Origin: Dehalococcoidia bacterium
GTDB lineage: Bacteria; Chloroflexota; Dehalococcoidia; Lucifugimonadales; JAGWBF01
Direction of reading: 5' to 3'
Assembly: GCA_965197405.1 (NCBI GenBank)
Contig: OZ240206.1
Coordinates: 1,608,085-1,672,084 of the forward strand
DNA length: 64,000 nucleotides
In this document: piece by piece, positions 63,135-64,000 of the stretch
How positions within the stretch are numbered: the stretch's first letter is position 1
Layout of the letters: every line of letters starts with the position of its first letter
Translations under genes and position numbers: made by a program
Notes under the pieces: model-generated
What the model was told of the DNA's origin: nothing
The model's input: the letters and a program-made list of their open reading frames with translations, nothing else
Database searches by the model: none

Positions 63135-64000
63135 GCCGAGATCCCTGTCATGGCCGAGGCCCACGCATCTCCAGGCGTCCGTGCTGTCTGCCATATCCGA
63201 CTACGTCGCCCTGACCAAACCCCCCATCATACTCCTGCTGCTGATAACGGCCCTCGGAGGGATGTTCCTGGCCGCGCAGGGGACACCGCCCGTATCCATA
63301 ACGTTGCTCCTGCTGTTGGGCGGCGCCGCCGCGGCGGGAGGTGCCAGCGCCATCAACCACTACCTGGACCGGGACATTGACGAGCTTATGAGCCGCACCC
63401 GCCGCCGACCCCTGCCGGGAGGACGCATCTCCCCGGGCGCGGCGCTGGTCTTTGGCATCCTCCTCAATGTCTTCGCCTTTGGCCTGCTCGTCGTCGAGGT
63501 CAATCTGCTGAGCGCCCTACTGACTCTGAGTGGCACCCTCTTCTATACCTTCGTATACACCTGGTGGTTGAAACGCTCCACTCCCCAGAACATCGTCATC
63601 GGGGGCGCGGCGGGAGCGATACCCCCCCTGGCAGGGTGGGCTGCGGTCACCGGTGGGCTGGATATTCCCGCACTGTACCTCTTCGCCATCATCTTCTTCT
63701 GGACGCCGCCCCATTTCTGGGCCCTGGCGCTCCTGATACGGGAAGACTACGCCAAGGCCGGCATCCCCATGCTGCCGGTGGTCAGGGGCATAACCGCGAC
63801 TCGATGGAATATCATGTTTTACACGATAGTGGTGGTCGCCCTCTCGGTCCTCTTCTTCGTCACCACCCAGGCGGTGGGATGGATATACCTGTCCGCCGCC
63901 ATAGTGCTGGGCAGCATTTTCGTGGGGATGGCCTGGCGTCTGGCTTTCGCCGCTCCCCACGACGAAGCGGCGGGGGGCATACGCATGGCGCGGCGGCTGT
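63127..64000 (+). CDS. ctaB: Protoheme IX farnesyltransferase (heme O synthase), 3' end beyond window
   Basis: Not in ORF track (no stop). GTG 63127 overlaps the ctaA TAA; DYVALTKPPII, NHYLDRDIDELMSRTRRRPLP, FFWTPPHFWALAL. Confidence 0.85.
   Translation, partial: MLKPRSLSWPRPTHLQASVLSAISDYVALTKPPIILLLLITALGGMFLAAQGTPPVSITLLLLLGGAAAAGGASAINHYLDRDIDELMSRTRRRPLPGGRISPGAALVFGILLNVFAFGLLVVEVNLLSALLTLSGTLFYTFVYTWWLKRSTPQNIVIGGAAGAIPPLAGWAAVTGGLDIPALYLFAIIFFWTPPHFWALALLIREDYAKAGIPMLPVVRGITATRWNIMFYTIVVVALSVLFFVTTQAVGWIYLSAAIVLGSIFVGMAWRLAFAAPHDEAAGGIRMARRL

Overview
High-GC bacterial chromosomal segment with about 60 protein genes. I found no rRNA, tRNA or CRISPR array. Housekeeping and cofactor genes: ispH, a thrC-like gene, trmI, thiC and thiD behind a TPP riboswitch, pdxS/pdxT, tmk, rpsP-KH-rimM, panB/panC, lgt, ispE, rsmA, galU, ctaA/ctaB and a long Bacillus-type SRP RNA. 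There are two branched-chain-amino-acid-type ABC transporter loci. A catabolic/redox set includes three PuuE-like deacetylase paralogues, an LLM monooxygenase, a GMC oxidoreductase, a D-aminoacylase-like amidohydrolase, a deazaflavin-type nitroreductase, TreT and two CE7-type esterases. Accessory content: ISAs1-, IS5- and IS481-family elements; an AT-richer type II R-M pair inserted between thiC and thiD; an AT-richer orphan PD-(D/E)xK gene between panB and panC; and a decayed RHH/Doc module. Three observations stand out. (1) Two genes carry an in-frame TGA exactly at a redox-Cys position: a peroxiredoxin next to a Cys paralogue, and a SelW/Rdx-like CxxU protein. Both are candidate selenoproteins that plain ORF calling truncates. 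(2) At least four families of structured repeats fill nearly every intergenic spacer. The commonest is a MITE with about 13 copies or fragments. Its termini match the inverted repeats of the ISAs1 element in this same window, and it shows 10-bp target duplications. (3) A secreted RCC1-repeat protein has near-identical 111-bp tandem DNA repeats and an in-frame stop ahead of one more intact blade. Gene content is compatible with a Chloroflexota-like lineage, but that cannot be verified without a database search. All coordinates for starts, repeats and RNA ends were derived by eye and should be treated as approximate.
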